64,000 nucleotides of DNA, taken from NCBI GenBank assembly GCA_964019335.1, contig OZ025727.1, positions 384,383-448,382 of the forward strand, given 5' to 3'. Shown piece by piece: positions 34,623 through 46,741 of this stretch. How positions within the stretch are numbered: the stretch's first letter is position 1; every line of letters starts with the position of its first letter. Made by a program: the position numbers and the translations under genes. The notes below the pieces were generated by a model. The model was not told where the DNA came from and did not search any database. It was given only the letters and a program-made list of their open reading frames with translations. The DNA is from Diplonema japonicum. Taxonomy: Eukaryota > Protista > Euglenozoa: Diplonemea.

Positions 34623-35897
34623 ATGTTTTCATCATCATCATCATCATCATCATCATCTGTGTGCGCAGAGGGAGCTGCCTTGAATCCCAACGCAAGGCCG
34701 TTCTCTGTGAAGACACAAAAGAAAACCACGAAGAAGGCGAAGGTCGTAGAGGTGGTCATAAGCACACCGTGGTACGCGGGCGGGATCAAGAAGAGCGAGG
34801 TCAACCTTGTGGACGAGGTAGCTGCTTACGGCGCCTTCATGAGGTTGAGCGAGAAGGAGCTGCATCTGCGACAAGCGGTAGTCGGGAAGATCAGGCAGGC
34901 AGCGTCCAGCATGGACCCTGACAGCAGGGTGACAACATACGGAAGCATCACATGTGGAACCGCCACACAGGCATCCTGTGTTGATGTGTGGGTGAAGTTT
35001 GCGTCCCTGGAAAAGGAAGCAATTTCCACCATGCTGGCTGCCGCAGGCTGTTCGCCTGTAAATGACATCCTATGCACGGAGCTCGGTGGGTTTGTGCAGG
35101 TGAAGCACAAGACGGGCACCCTGAAGTACAACCTGACGCTTGCGCTGGACGACAGCACACCGCTGGCTTCAAACAGCGTGACGCAGGAGTGGGCAGCGTG
35201 CCACCCCCAGGCCGTCACCGCACACGCTGCCATCCGTGAAGTGCTCGACCAGACGTCCAACTTGGACGTGTGCAGCGGTGGGATCAGCAGCTACGCATTG
35301 TTCGCCATGATCGTGGCCGTGTGCAAAATCTCCAGCCACACCACCCCGCATGCCCTTCTTGTTGAAGTGTGCAGGTGGTACGGCACCGTGTTCGACTTCA
35401 CAGCACTAGGCGTGTCGACGAGCACAGGGTGGTGTGCCAAGCCTGTGGGGTGCCAGGACACCTTGTTCGTGGAAGACCCGCTGGACAAGACCAACAACCT
35501 CGCTGCAGGGTGCAGCAGGCTGTTTGCTATCAAGGTACAGTTTCAGCATTGCTTCAAAACTCTGCAAAGGTGGCAGGTGGCAGATGGCGAGGCGAGCACA
35601 TACAAAGGTCGCACGCCGCTGTCTGGGATCATCTCTCACAAGAGGCTGTGGCCCAGAGCAGAGAAGCAGGATGACAGCGAAGCAGGGACCAGTGAGAGCG
35701 AGGAGGACATCGACGAAGGGTCAGAGGTCCTGTCTGTCAGAGCACCCGCAAGTTTCAGGGGGGCTAAGTCGCTTACTCAAATATTCGCAGTCACGTCGTA
35801 CGACTCCTTGTGCTCCCTTGACGACTCTGCTGAGCTTGGTGAGATGGAGGACGCACTCCTCTGCGATGTCGAACGTACAGCACTGGCCTTCCACTAG
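34623..35897 (+). CDS. TRF4/PAPD5-like non-canonical poly(A) polymerase family protein with N-terminal PAM2 motif
   Basis: LNPNARPF (PAM2); YGS...SCVD; GGISSYALFAM; VEDPLDKTNNLA (PAP-associated domain). Confidence 0.8.
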   Translation: MFSSSSSSSSSSVCAEGAALNPNARPFSVKTQKKTTKKAKVVEVVISTPWYAGGIKKSEVNLVDEVAAYGAFMRLSEKELHLRQAVVGKIRQAASSMDPDSRVTTYGSITCGTATQASCVDVWVKFASLEKEAISTMLAAAGCSPVNDILCTELGGFVQVKHKTGTLKYNLTLALDDSTPLASNSVTQEWAACHPQAVTAHAAIREVLDQTSNLDVCSGGISSYALFAMIVAVCKISSHTTPHALLVEVCRWYGTVFDFTALGVSTSTGWCAKPVGCQDTLFVEDPLDKTNNLAAGCSRLFAIKVQFQHCFKTLQRWQVADGEASTYKGRTPLSGIISHKRLWPRAEKQDDSEAGTSESEEDIDEGSEVLSVRAPASFRGAKSLTQIFAVTSYDSLCSLDDSAELGEMEDALLCDVERTALAFH

Positions 35898-38026
35898 TTT
35901 GGATTGAATGCAGTATTCGATCTCTTTTTTATTCCTTATTTTCTTTTATGATACTGCGAAAAAAGGATGCTCAGGACGTGTTTTTTTAAAAATCCCCCCC
36001 CCCCGTTCCTTTGAGCAAAGCCTGTTTTTCTATTTACTCCTTTATTTACTCCTTTCATTTTTTCTTTCTTTTCTGAAGTGACCCTGCGTCTCAAGTCATA
36101 TTTCTATTTAAATCCTTCTTATTAATCTCTCTTGGCACGTGCTGGTCAGGCCGCGTTGCGTTATTTTTTTTCCTCTTTTTTTCTTTTCCTCCCGCTAAGA
36201 TTTTCTGGCGTTAAGCTCTTACAATGATAGGTACATTCCTATTTTCAAAGCGCAGTGTGGACTGCAGATTTGTTTTAAGAGAGTTTAAAAAAAGAAAAAA
36301 GAGGGAACGGGGATTCATCAATGTAATAAAAAGCTTAGGTTCAAAAAAAAAAAGAAAAAAAAAAAAGAAGGGGAGAGTTATGTTTCCCCCCCTCTTTTTT
36401 TTTGTCATTTTTTTTTTGTTCTATTCTTTACACCCCTCCCTCGGGCCCCTTGCCTCCTGGGTCTCAACAGAATAAGGAACTGCCTGCATCTAGGATCCTG
36501 TTTGCCTTTATTTTGCTTGTATGATGTTACCTTGGAGTGAATTTGTAAAAGGGGAAAAACAAAACAAAAAAAAGCAAAAAAGAAAACTTAGCACACTCCG
36601 CTCTTTTTTTTTCTTTTTTTTTCTTTTTTGTGGGCAGCTTCACGCGATCATAGTGAATTTATTTATTCCTTCAGGGGGGGAGGAATTTTTCAAAAAGTTG
36701 TTGCTAACAATTTCTTCCTAAAAATAAAAGAAGGGTATCTCGGTGCCTATTGGTTGCCTCCCATCCCCCCTTTAGAATGCAAAGTTCTTACAAAGCAATT
36801 TTGTAGTCTCCTGGAAACATTCCTGTCCTTTTGACAAACAACCCTCTCCTTTCCCCACTAAACAAAAAAGAAAAAGAGAGAACGGGGGGGAACATTTTTA
36901 TTTGTCCCCCCCCCCTGTTCCTCTCTGTTAAAAAGAAAAAGAAGAAAAAAAAAAAAAGAAGAAGAAAAAAAAGGAAAAGAAGATTCCCTTTTTTTTTTTA
37001 AAAGACGTTGTTAATTGTTCTTTTTGTTTTTCTTTTTTGCGAGAACGAGTCTTAGGCCTGTTTAAACAAGAGGGACGTTAGGCAACGTGTTTTGCAGGGT
37101 TATAAACTCTTAAGTTTTTTTTTTTTTTCTTTTTTTTTTTTTTTTTGAAAAATAAAATATATCACTCCCCTCTTCCCTTGGTTTTTTTTTTATAGGCCTT
37201 CGTCGAGTAGCTTGCACCAAGCTAATTATTTTTTTTCAAAAAAAAAAAAAAAAAGTACCCTGTCCCATGCTCCCCGATGGTTATGAGTTCCTGCTAGGGT
37301 TCTCTTTCCACCAAGAAAAAAAGAAAATGACAAATTAAAAAAAAAATGGAGCTGTTCCCCTTTTTTTTGATACAGTTGCTCCATTTTCTTTTCTTCGAGG
37401 AGGAGGGGAAGAAGAAAAAAAAAAAGAAACTGACTCAGATTCCAAGAATGTACCCAAACACTTGTTTTTTTTTGTGATTATCAAAAAGTCACAAGCATCT
37501 TCGAGGTTAAGAATTAACTATCCTGTTCAACATTTATTAGAGAATCTGAGTATTCTTCTTCTTTTTTTTTTTTTTAAACTCACACTCCCCCGGGAATTGA
37601 TGCGGAGGATATCCAAGTTTTTAACTTTGGCTCCACCTAGAAAGACCTGCTTGACGAAGAAGGCGTGAGCAAGGTACGGGAGAAGGAAGAAAAAGGAGAG
37701 AAGGGAAAAAAAAAGGGGGGAAGATGATAATATGGTCAGAAATTTATCTCTTTTTCTGCTTTTTTTTTTATACCCCTTTTTTTGTTCTTTTTCTTTTCTT
37801 TTCAAAAGAACGAGAAAGATAATGTGTTTTCTATTCTAGCCTATTTTCTTTTTTTTTTATATTATTATTTGTGTGTTTACAAATATTTTATCTTTCAAAA
37901 AGAAAAAATGATTTTATAACTAATATGCAACTTCTGCCTTAGCAAAAGACTTTCGCAGTTTTAAAATATTTTTTGCTTCGTGCGAAAAACTAAGATATAT
38001 TGTCATAAAAAAGATTTTCTTTGGAG

Positions 38027-38072
<46 letters not shown>

Positions 38073-39091
38073 CGTGTACACCGGAATGAAACTTCACACG
38101 GCACTGGAAGGATGCAAAAACGCAAACCTTTTTCAAAATGTCCAAGTTTTCTTTTCTTTTGTGTGTACTTTTTTTTTTCTTCTAATTTTACTAGGAAATA
38201 AAAAGTATAAGTGTGATGAACAAGCACGTGGCATGCTAAGGTTCGTACTGGCTGTGGAGGTGTAGGACATGCCAAAGCGACCTATACCTTCTTTTCTCCT
38301 TCCTCCACCCCCCCTTTTTCGAATAGATAATAAATATAAAATACTAAAGTGAAAGACAAGGCCTGGTTTTCTTTCTTTTTTTTTTTTGACCCACCAAAAG
38401 GGGAGTTATTATTTCCCTCCCTGTAAAAACGTTTTCTTTCTTCCCTTTTTTTTCTGCTGTACCTCTTTTAATTATTTCCCGAGAATAACAGCCTGGTATC
38501 TTGAGGGGCTAAATTAAAAAGGCCCACATCGTTTCCTTTTATTTTTTCAGGCGTCCTGCCACATACCGCAGGTACCCTTAAATGTCTCTTTTTTTTTTTT
38601 GTCTTCTTTTTTTTTTCTTCCCACCCCCTCCCCTCATTATCGTTCTTGCGCAATATAGTTGCTAATCTGTTTCCCCTATTTTCTTTTTTCGCTTTCAGGT
38701 AAGGGAAACAAAGAAGAGAAAAAAAAAAAAGAAAAGAGGAGAAATGAGTTTTTTTTTCTTTGATGCAAGATTTCATTACAAGCGAGTGGTCTCTCATATA
38801 CATGTTTTGCAAATTCTCTTTTCCCCCGCCCCACCCTTCCCTTTCTTTGGTGGGTTGTTGCTATCACTCCTCCCCATCATAGTGACTCCTTCCTCTCCCA
38901 GTTAGAAGAAAGAAGACAACGAGAAAAAGAAAAAAAGGATGAAAAAAAAAAAAAAAGGAAGAAAGCAAAAAGAAAGTTGCTGCGCTCCGCTGCCCATTGC
39001 TTCCTTTAGATTGCTGTTTTTGCGCTGCTTTCACTTTTTTTAACACCACACACAGCACGTTCGCATACTTATTTTTTTTTAAATCAAAAAG

Positions 39092-41585
39092 ATGGAGGGA
39101 AAGACTTTTGGACCATCGAGTGCCTTCAACAAGGGGGGCTTTGGGCCCGGGCAGCCCCGCAAGGCACAGCCTCAGCTGCCACCGACTGCTGTTGAGACAA
39201 CACCTGAGCCCCCAATGAGAAACATGTACGGGACTGCCAACCAGAGCAACAGCAGCAAGCCGAGGACCGGCGGGATTGACTTTGGGGAGCTGAGAACAAG
39301 CAAAGACTGCGTGAGCTACACCCCGCAGGAGTTCCTGTCTGGTAGGCCGGAGGAGGAGGTGGAGCCGAACGCAGAGTGGGTCGAGACGATCGGGAAGTAC
39401 CCCGAGCTCCGCATCGAGGAAGGGAAGCGCACCATGGCCGACATCATCGACGAGGAGTGCAAGCTGTTCAAAGCGTCGCGTAGCAACGATGACAATGCCG
39501 GCGACAGGAGCATGTTCGGGACGCAGGCACCCGACAAAGAGCAGAGCGGCCCCGCCACGCCCCTCATCACCTCTGAGGCCGGTTTCCGTGTCCGTGCCTC
39601 CGACGAGCTCGACGACCTTGAGCAGCTTTCAAAGACCGTCACCGGTATCCTCAACAAGCTAACGCCTGAGAAGTACGACGCGCTGTCCGGCAAGCTTGTC
39701 GACAACCCGATCATCACCTCCAGCGACGAGTACACCCGTCGCGTCATCGAACTCATCTTCGACAGAGCCATCAACCAGCCCTCCTTCTGTGAGATGTACG
39801 CAGACCTCTCTCAGCTCATCTCGAGGAAAGAGAAGGACAGCGGTAAAGAAAAGCCTGTGTTCAGGCGTCTTCTCGTCGAAGCCGTCCAGAAGGAGTTCGA
39901 GGCCAGGAAGGGGAGCTCTGGTGGTGAGGAACAGGCCAAGAAGAGGAAGCTCGGGAACATCCAGTTTGTGGGTGATCTGTTCAAGAAGGAGATGCTCACA
40001 GAGAGGGTGATCCACCACATCATCAACGTTATCCTGAACGGCGAAACCAAGGCCAGTGATTTTATCCCCGACCCTGAGGATGTGGAGGTGCTGTGCCGTC
40101 TGCTGGCCACTACCGGAAAGGAGCTAGAGAGGAAGGCTAGGGCCCCCACCTCCCAGTTCGCGGATAGCTACAACAAATACTTCACGAAGATAGAGAAGCT
40201 GACCTTGTCCTCGAGCTACCCTGCTCGTATCAAGATCACTCTGCTGAACACCATCGACTTGAAGAAGGAAGGCTGGCCGGTTAAGACCCAGCAGGCGAAG
40301 AAGCTCAAGGACCTCGAGAAGGAGAACGAGGAGAAGGACAGGAAGAAGTATGCCTTTTTACCCCGCAACTACACTACAGGCTCGAGGGCATGCGTCACGC
40401 AAACCACACTGGTGACAAGACCGCCTGGGGTCAGGCGGCTGACATCCACGAAGCACTCAGCTCGAAGATGGACAAGTCTGGGAAGGGGAAGGACAAGAAG
40501 AAAAAGAACGATGATGAGTGGAACGTCGCAGGCAGCAACAAGAAGGGCAACACAAAGACCAAGACACAAGAGAAGGCAAAGAAGGGCACTCAACAGCAGC
40601 CCTCCAAGGTGTGCAGTTTCTCGTACTAATAATAATAACACAGGGCGTCTTTTCTGCGTTGGAGTCCAAAAGCAGCAAGGAGGAGAAGAAGAAGGACAAG
40701 AAGAAGAAGGATGAGAAGAAAGAAAAGAAGGAAAAGAAAGAAAAGAAGGCTGCCGAGGAGGACGAGGACAAGAAGGAGAGGCCTCCCACCCACGTGCCTG
40801 ACGAGTTCAGGATGATGGTCTCGAATCGTGCCATGGAGGCAATGCAGGCTTCTGAAGAGGAACGTGAGGGTATCATCACAGGAGACTTCGACGACTTCAA
40901 GAACACCGCAGACCACACCATCCTTGTTGTGCATGAGGTGCTGAGGTGCATCGCGAGCAACAAGGAAGAGGAGGACAGGAACATGCTCATTGAGTACCTT
41001 AGATACGTGTGCAAGATGGATGAGGAGGATGAGGAGAAGTTCATCAAGAAGAGCGACATGGTGAAGGGTATCGCGTGGTTCCTGTCTACTTCCGCCGTTC
41101 TGAGGCTTGTGGAGGACTTCCCCAGCATCTACAAGAGGACTGTTGAGGCTTTGAAGTCTCTGCTCCCCACCGAAAGCCACATTATCGACATTGCTAAGCT
41201 GTTCCAGTACGCCTACAAGAGCACGAAGCTGTGGTTCGACGAGATGGAGGAAGATGACCGCCCCGTGGACGTCATCGAGGAGCTTTTCGCTGAGCTCACC
41301 ACTGACGTGTGGCTCCCTCTGCACACCGACCTCACTTTCGAGAACGAGGACGAGCGTAGCGGTGCCCTTGCGTGGTTCATCACCATCAACCACAAGATGG
41401 CGTGGCCCAACATGCTTGAGACCTACGAAAAAGACGTCCCCGTCTTCCAATACATGATGGAGAACCTCATCAAGTGCGGCACCTTCGACAAGGAATTCCT
41501 CAACTCCTTCATCGAGAGCAACAGCGAGTCCACCAAGGGGAAGCAGCAGAACGCCATTAAGATCTTGCAGCCTCTGCTCGAATAG
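39092..41585 (+). CDS. eIF4G-like MIF4G protein; exons 39092-40347, 40380-40608, 40644-41585
   Basis: GILNKLTPEKY, AINQPSFCEMYADL, KLGNIQFVGDLFK; removing two GT-AG introns (40348-40379, 40609-40643) joins three ORFs in frame. Confidence 0.85.
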
Positions 41586-41684
41586 TAAAAAGAAGGTTCC
41601 TTATCACTCTCCCTCTCTTTCGTTTATATTCTATCCTAATTTTTTACGTTTATGTGCTGCTTTGCAACACAGAAAACCTACACA

Positions 41685-42611
41685 ATGGACATGCGGGCAC
41701 GGTTGCAGGAAATGAGGAACAGACCTCCGTTGAAACCACCACCTTTCAATACCACTTCTCCAGTAAGGAAGCCTTCACATTTGGAATTTCCACTAGATTT
41801 TCCGAAAACGAAGGAAAGGGATTACAGGGCACGATTTGCGACATGGCGCGATAGGAATACTGGTGCCAAAAGCAGTGAGTTGCAGGCGATTCTGGCTTCC
41901 GACGCTCGCGATGTCATCCTCGGTTTCAGGGACAGCCTTGCATCGCAAACGGTGACCGAACCCCTTCTCAGGAACTGGATAAAAAACGCAAAGTTCTTTA
42001 AAAAAGAGCACGAAAAAGGGTTCGAATACCTTGCGCAGCACGAATACCTACAACTAGCCGTGCAGTGGGCGTATCCCATACGAATGTATCCAGACGTACC
42101 AGAGGGCTTTAAGATAACATATGTGCAGCCTCACGAGCAGCACGACTTCAGGCTCATCGGGAAATCCAAAGATGCACACAACAGCAACGTGTCCTTAAAG
42201 CTGGAACGCATACCGCAGCACACGAAAAAGCCTTTGCCGTCGGATACCAAGCTATTTGTATGCTACCGTCTAGAGAGGGACAGGTCCAAGCGCACCGGTA
42301 CCATGCATCCCTTCGACATCATTCCCAGGGACACATGGCCTTCCGTGTTCAGCTACCTAGACGTGTTCTCTCATCTGTGCCTGGCACTCACATCTAAAGA
42401 TATGTACCACGATGCCATTGCTTGCGTAAGCCTGCAGGAGAAGCAGGTTTACACCACCTACTGGGAAGGTGTGACTCCATTCAAGGAACAGGACAGGCAA
42501 GCACACCTTTTGGTGACAACCCCATGCAACAAGAAGACCTGGATCTGTACTTATTGCAAAAGCACGAATCAGTGGGTGCGCAGCACCTGCGGTACTTGCA
42601 ACAAACACTAG
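41685..42611 (+). CDS. Hypothetical protein with F-box-like motif and C-terminal RanBP2-type zinc finger
   Basis: IPRDTWPSVFSYLDVFSHLCLALTSK (F-box-like); WICTYCKSTNQWVRSTCGTC. Confidence 0.6.
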   Translation: MDMRARLQEMRNRPPLKPPPFNTTSPVRKPSHLEFPLDFPKTKERDYRARFATWRDRNTGAKSSELQAILASDARDVILGFRDSLASQTVTEPLLRNWIKNAKFFKKEHEKGFEYLAQHEYLQLAVQWAYPIRMYPDVPEGFKITYVQPHEQHDFRLIGKSKDAHNSNVSLKLERIPQHTKKPLPSDTKLFVCYRLERDRSKRTGTMHPFDIIPRDTWPSVFSYLDVFSHLCLALTSKDMYHDAIACVSLQEKQVYTTYWEGVTPFKEQDRQAHLLVTTPCNKKTWICTYCKSTNQWVRSTCGTCNKH

Positions 42612-42721
42612 CCATACTAGCCCTTAGGACAGAGGAGCCGTTAGGTTCTACATGTCTTTTTCTTATATTCTTTCTTTTTTAGTTCTTGTATCGTCCTCTT
42701 TAAACACAGAAACAAAATAAG

Positions 42722-43810
42722 ATGAGACACCTGTGTCTGCTTGCGCTCCTCCCCATGTGTAATGGGTACATTACCACTTCATGGAGGGACCTTCAAAGCA
42801 ACACGAAATACAGTTTCTCGGACTACCTGTCTGAGTACAGCAAGGTGTACTCAGATGCTAGCGAGTACAAGAGGAGGGAGGCTCTGTTTCATGCTAACGT
42901 GGCGTCCATCAGGCGACACAATGCCGGTGACAGCACGTACAAGATGGGCCTGAACATGTTCACGGACTTGGACGAGCAGGAACGCGCTGCTGCCAGGGGA
43001 AGGGCACAGTCCAGACCTTCGTACGCGGAAGCCCCTTCTATGAACGAGGAGCTCCCCACACAGGTCGACTGGAGGGCTACATCGCCTCCTGTCTTGACAC
43101 CGATCAAGAATCAAGGGGCCTGTGGTTCGTGCTGGGCGTTTAGCACAACTGAGTCCATCGAGAGCGCTCTTGCTCGTGAGACAGGGAAGCTCATGGTGCT
43201 GAGTCCTCAGCAGTTGGTTTCATGTGCACCCAACCCGATGGCCTGTGGTGGTACTGGTGGCTGTGGTGGAAGCACTCAGCCCCTTGGCTTCAACTACACT
43301 ATCGGTGCTGGTGGCCTGTCTGCTGAGGCCTCGTACCCTTACAGGAGCGGCGGGGATGGCATCACCGGGTCATGTAACAAGGGTGAAATCAAGCCCGCTG
43401 TCAACATCAAGGGTTGGATCGAGCTTCCTGTCAACAACGCGTCTGCTTTGATGGCAGCCGTGGCCACCATCGGCCCCATTGCCATCAGCGCTGATGCAAG
43501 GAACTGGCACTCGTACGAGGAGGGTGTCTTCAACGCCTGCGGGTATGAGGTCGACCACTGCATCCAGTTGGTGGGCTACGGGACCACTGGCAGCACCAGC
43601 TACTGGATCGTGCGCAACTCATGGGGCCCTTCGTACGGTGAGGAGGGCTACATCCGCATCTTGCGCACCCCTGCTGGTGAGCCGTGTGGAATGGACAAGA
43701 AACCGCAGGAGGGACTTGCCTGCAAGAACCAAACAGAGCCCCTCAAGTACTGCGGCACCTGCGGTATCTTGTCGGGCTCGTCGTACCCAACCGGCGCCTT
43801 TGTTGTTTAA
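42722..43810 (+). CDS. Papain-family (C1A) cysteine protease precursor
   Basis: Signal peptide, I29 prodomain (GLNMFTD), QGACGSCWAF, catalytic His in VDHCIQLVGYG, Asn in RNSWG. Confidence 0.95.
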   Translation: MRHLCLLALLPMCNGYITTSWRDLQSNTKYSFSDYLSEYSKVYSDASEYKRREALFHANVASIRRHNAGDSTYKMGLNMFTDLDEQERAAARGRAQSRPSYAEAPSMNEELPTQVDWRATSPPVLTPIKNQGACGSCWAFSTTESIESALARETGKLMVLSPQQLVSCAPNPMACGGTGGCGGSTQPLGFNYTIGAGGLSAEASYPYRSGGDGITGSCNKGEIKPAVNIKGWIELPVNNASALMAAVATIGPIAISADARNWHSYEEGVFNACGYEVDHCIQLVGYGTTGSTSYWIVRNSWGPSYGEEGYIRILRTPAGEPCGMDKKPQEGLACKNQTEPLKYCGTCGILSGSSYPTGAFVV

Positions 43811-44877
43811 AATGCCAATGTGGCACAAGAGTGAACGTATTACCTTTCCCTGCCCTTTACATTTTTCTATTCTCAATACTCTTTTTTTTAAAAGTCTGAA
43901 TTTCTTATTACTTCTATTATTATTAATGCTCTCTAGCTTCTATTTTGATCAGTATTGATGGGATGCGGGGTAGCTAAGCCAACATGCACTCAGACCGCGG
44001 AGCTTAGTTCGCCATGCGATGTCTGTTCGGAGAGGGACACGAGTGCTACTTACATCTCGTCAGAGATTGCTTCGTCGGAGAATACCTACAGTAACTGCAG
44101 CAGCGAAGAATTCTGTGTGGTTGGAGGAGGAAGAGTCGAAGGTTTAAGGTCATGTCTCCGAAGGCCAATTCCCAGAGTCCGGACTAAGTTCGTTTCCATA
44201 AGCTTCATGTTCACACAAGTGATTTGAAACATTTCGTTGTTGATATCTGTGCAATAGCACCTAGCCTTATGGGCTGACGGTGATGTTGACACTTCTCTCT
44301 TTTTTTACTTGTTCTTGCAAGATATAAGAAGCAGCTTTTCTCGCCCCTTTCTTTTTTCTCTTTTTCGCCGATGGGAAAGGCGTCATAAAAAGAAGAACTG
44401 GCCGTTGTTTGTAGTTTACCTGTAAGCACGTAGTGCCAACGTTCCCCCTTTTTGTTTAAACAAGTCAAAGTTGATCTTGCAAGAGATATCTGACACTTGC
44501 CATGTTTATGAAATGACGCCTTCCTAGAAGGAACTTTCATCTTTTGCTCTATAAATTACTTTGTTTCTCCCTCTCTGTTTATACAGGCACGAGGAACTTT
44601 TTGTGCTTTCCCTCCCCTTTGAAATGGTCCGCTGTGCACGTTTCCAACAATAACCTCGCAAGACAAGAAGATCCAACCTTGAATGCTCTTGAGCACCTTT
44701 GGTACCCTTCCATTGATGACACTTTACGCATCGCCATTTGAATGAAGTTCTTGTCACCAAGGGAAACATTTGAGTGTAGACCTTTGTTCGGGACCACCCA
44801 CCCTAGAAACTGATTTTAGGAAAATTTAGGCGGCGATATTTAAATATTTTGCAAAGCTCATTACAGGACGGAATGCT

Positions 44878-45474
44878 ATGGACGATCTACCGCTGTTTAA
44901 GGTGATCATCTTAGGGGACAGCGGTGTGGGGAAGAGCTGCTTGGCGTCAAGGGTGACGGATGGCAAGTATAACCCAAGGATGAAAGCGACGATCGGAACA
45001 GAATTCTCGACAAAGGTTCTGGAGTGCGGTGGGGGCAGGGTCGTGTTGCAGATGTGGGACACGGCGGGGCAGGAACGGCACCGCAGCCTGGGGAAGGCGT
45101 ACTGGCGGGGTGCGGCCGGGTGTGTGATTGTGTTCGATGTGACATCGATAGATAGCTTCACGAGCATCGACGGGTGGCTGAAGGAGTTTGTGGCACATGT
45201 TGGTGCTGAGAAGCCTGTTGTTATCATCGGGAACAAGCTGGATGACAAGGACAACACACGCGTCGCGGACAAGGCGATCCGTGATTGGTCACGCCACAAC
45301 GACATCCCCTACTTCCTTGTCTCCGCCAAGACGAACCTGCACACCGCCGACCCTTTCCTCTGCCTCGCGAATAAAATCTCGTCGCTCCCTAACCCTCACA
45401 AGCTCAGCGAAACACGCAGCATCAACGTCTCCATCGTCGACGACCAGGACAGGCACAGGCTGTGCACCTGCTGA
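44878..45474 (+). CDS. Rab GTPase (Rab7-like)
   Basis: GDSGVGKS, KATIGTEF, WDTAGQE, GNKLD, SAK motifs; C-terminal CTC prenylation motif. Confidence 0.92.
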   Translation: MDDLPLFKVIILGDSGVGKSCLASRVTDGKYNPRMKATIGTEFSTKVLECGGGRVVLQMWDTAGQERHRSLGKAYWRGAAGCVIVFDVTSIDSFTSIDGWLKEFVAHVGAEKPVVIIGNKLDDKDNTRVADKAIRDWSRHNDIPYFLVSAKTNLHTADPFLCLANKISSLPNPHKLSETRSINVSIVDDQDRHRLCTC

Positions 45475-46741
45475 GGGAAAGGGCTCCGTGTGTGTGTTTT
45501 TTATGTTATCTTTGTTATCTCTTTTTTCGCCCGTGTATCTACCATTGTTGTGTTGTCATTTCAATAACTCATCATATTTCTTAGATGCTGGCTGACAATA
45601 GAAAGATTGAGAATCAAAAGCGTCTGAAAATATGTTGTCATCACCAGCAGCCAGATATGATGCGCAGGAGAATAGACCGTATCGTGCCAAAACCCTTTTT
45701 ATTCTTTGTTGTGCTTCTAAAACGTGGTGGGTCGATCCCCTAGCTTTGCTTTTTATTCTTTTATCTCAGTCCGATTTATTTTCCTTTTTTTTTTTTGTAC
45801 GGGTGTGGGGGAAGAAGGAGGGTTTTGGGAGTAAAGTGATATTTTCTTTTAATTTTCTTACCATCTTTCCTCTTATTCTTGGTTTCGTCCAACGTTTCTT
45901 TTTTTTTTTTTGTTGTGTTTTTTTTGTTTTGTTTTTTAAGCTGATGGAGAATACTGTGTTGAGAAGAAATGATTCTGTCTTTTGTTTATATTTTCATGTA
46001 GAAGATCCGCTTGCAATGTTGTTAAGTCAGCTTCCCAACAAGCTTCTTTTTTTTTTTTGCGGCATTATTCTTCCGTGCGTTGAAACAGGTTATACTTTTG
46101 ACAAAATGTAACCCTTCAGATCTCTAGTCTTTGAATCAGTATTTTCCTCAAGAGCTTATGGGAGATGCAAAAGATCCAAGATTTCTTTTAGAAAATCCAG
46201 TAGTAGTGGATGTCAAAAGATATGTAAGGCTGTCTCTAATATCTAATACATCGAATCTTCGTGGACAGAGTGAAGAACATCTCTCGCATCCTGAGACGGT
46301 ATTGTTCGCAGATTTGCGGAATCAATTGTCCGAAAAACCAGGATCGTTCAATCATTGAAAGGAGTCGCGAAACGTTGTTTGAACACAAGGAGGGGGGGGG
46401 GGGGGGGGGGGTGCTAAACGGGTTTTAGATATGAGGCGTAAACTCTCCAGGTTTCTTCTACCCGGCAGTACAAACAACAGCCATTCCTCTTCTTGAAACT
46501 ATAAATGTGAAAATTCTTCTCATAGCTGAAGTTGAGGGCATGCTTCTAATGGGACAAAAGAGTCATTTGTTTGTACTACAGTGGTAGTTATTTTTAGAGA
46601 AAAAAAAAGAAAAAAAAACGAAGAACGAGAAAACGCTCCTTAATTTAATCTCCCCCTCCCCCCCTTCCATTATTTTGTGGATACGATTTCTTTCTCTTTT
46701 GTAATTTCTTTAACTTCTCCAGATCACAAGGGTAAGTCACA

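Noticed and set aside
39316-39340. eIF4E-binding motif YTPQEFL in the eIF4G-like protein
   Set aside because: Spacing does not fit Y-x4-L-phi exactly
43955-44227. 90-aa ORF starting MGCG (possible acylation signal)
   Set aside because: Short, no recognisable domain; cannot be supported from sequence alone
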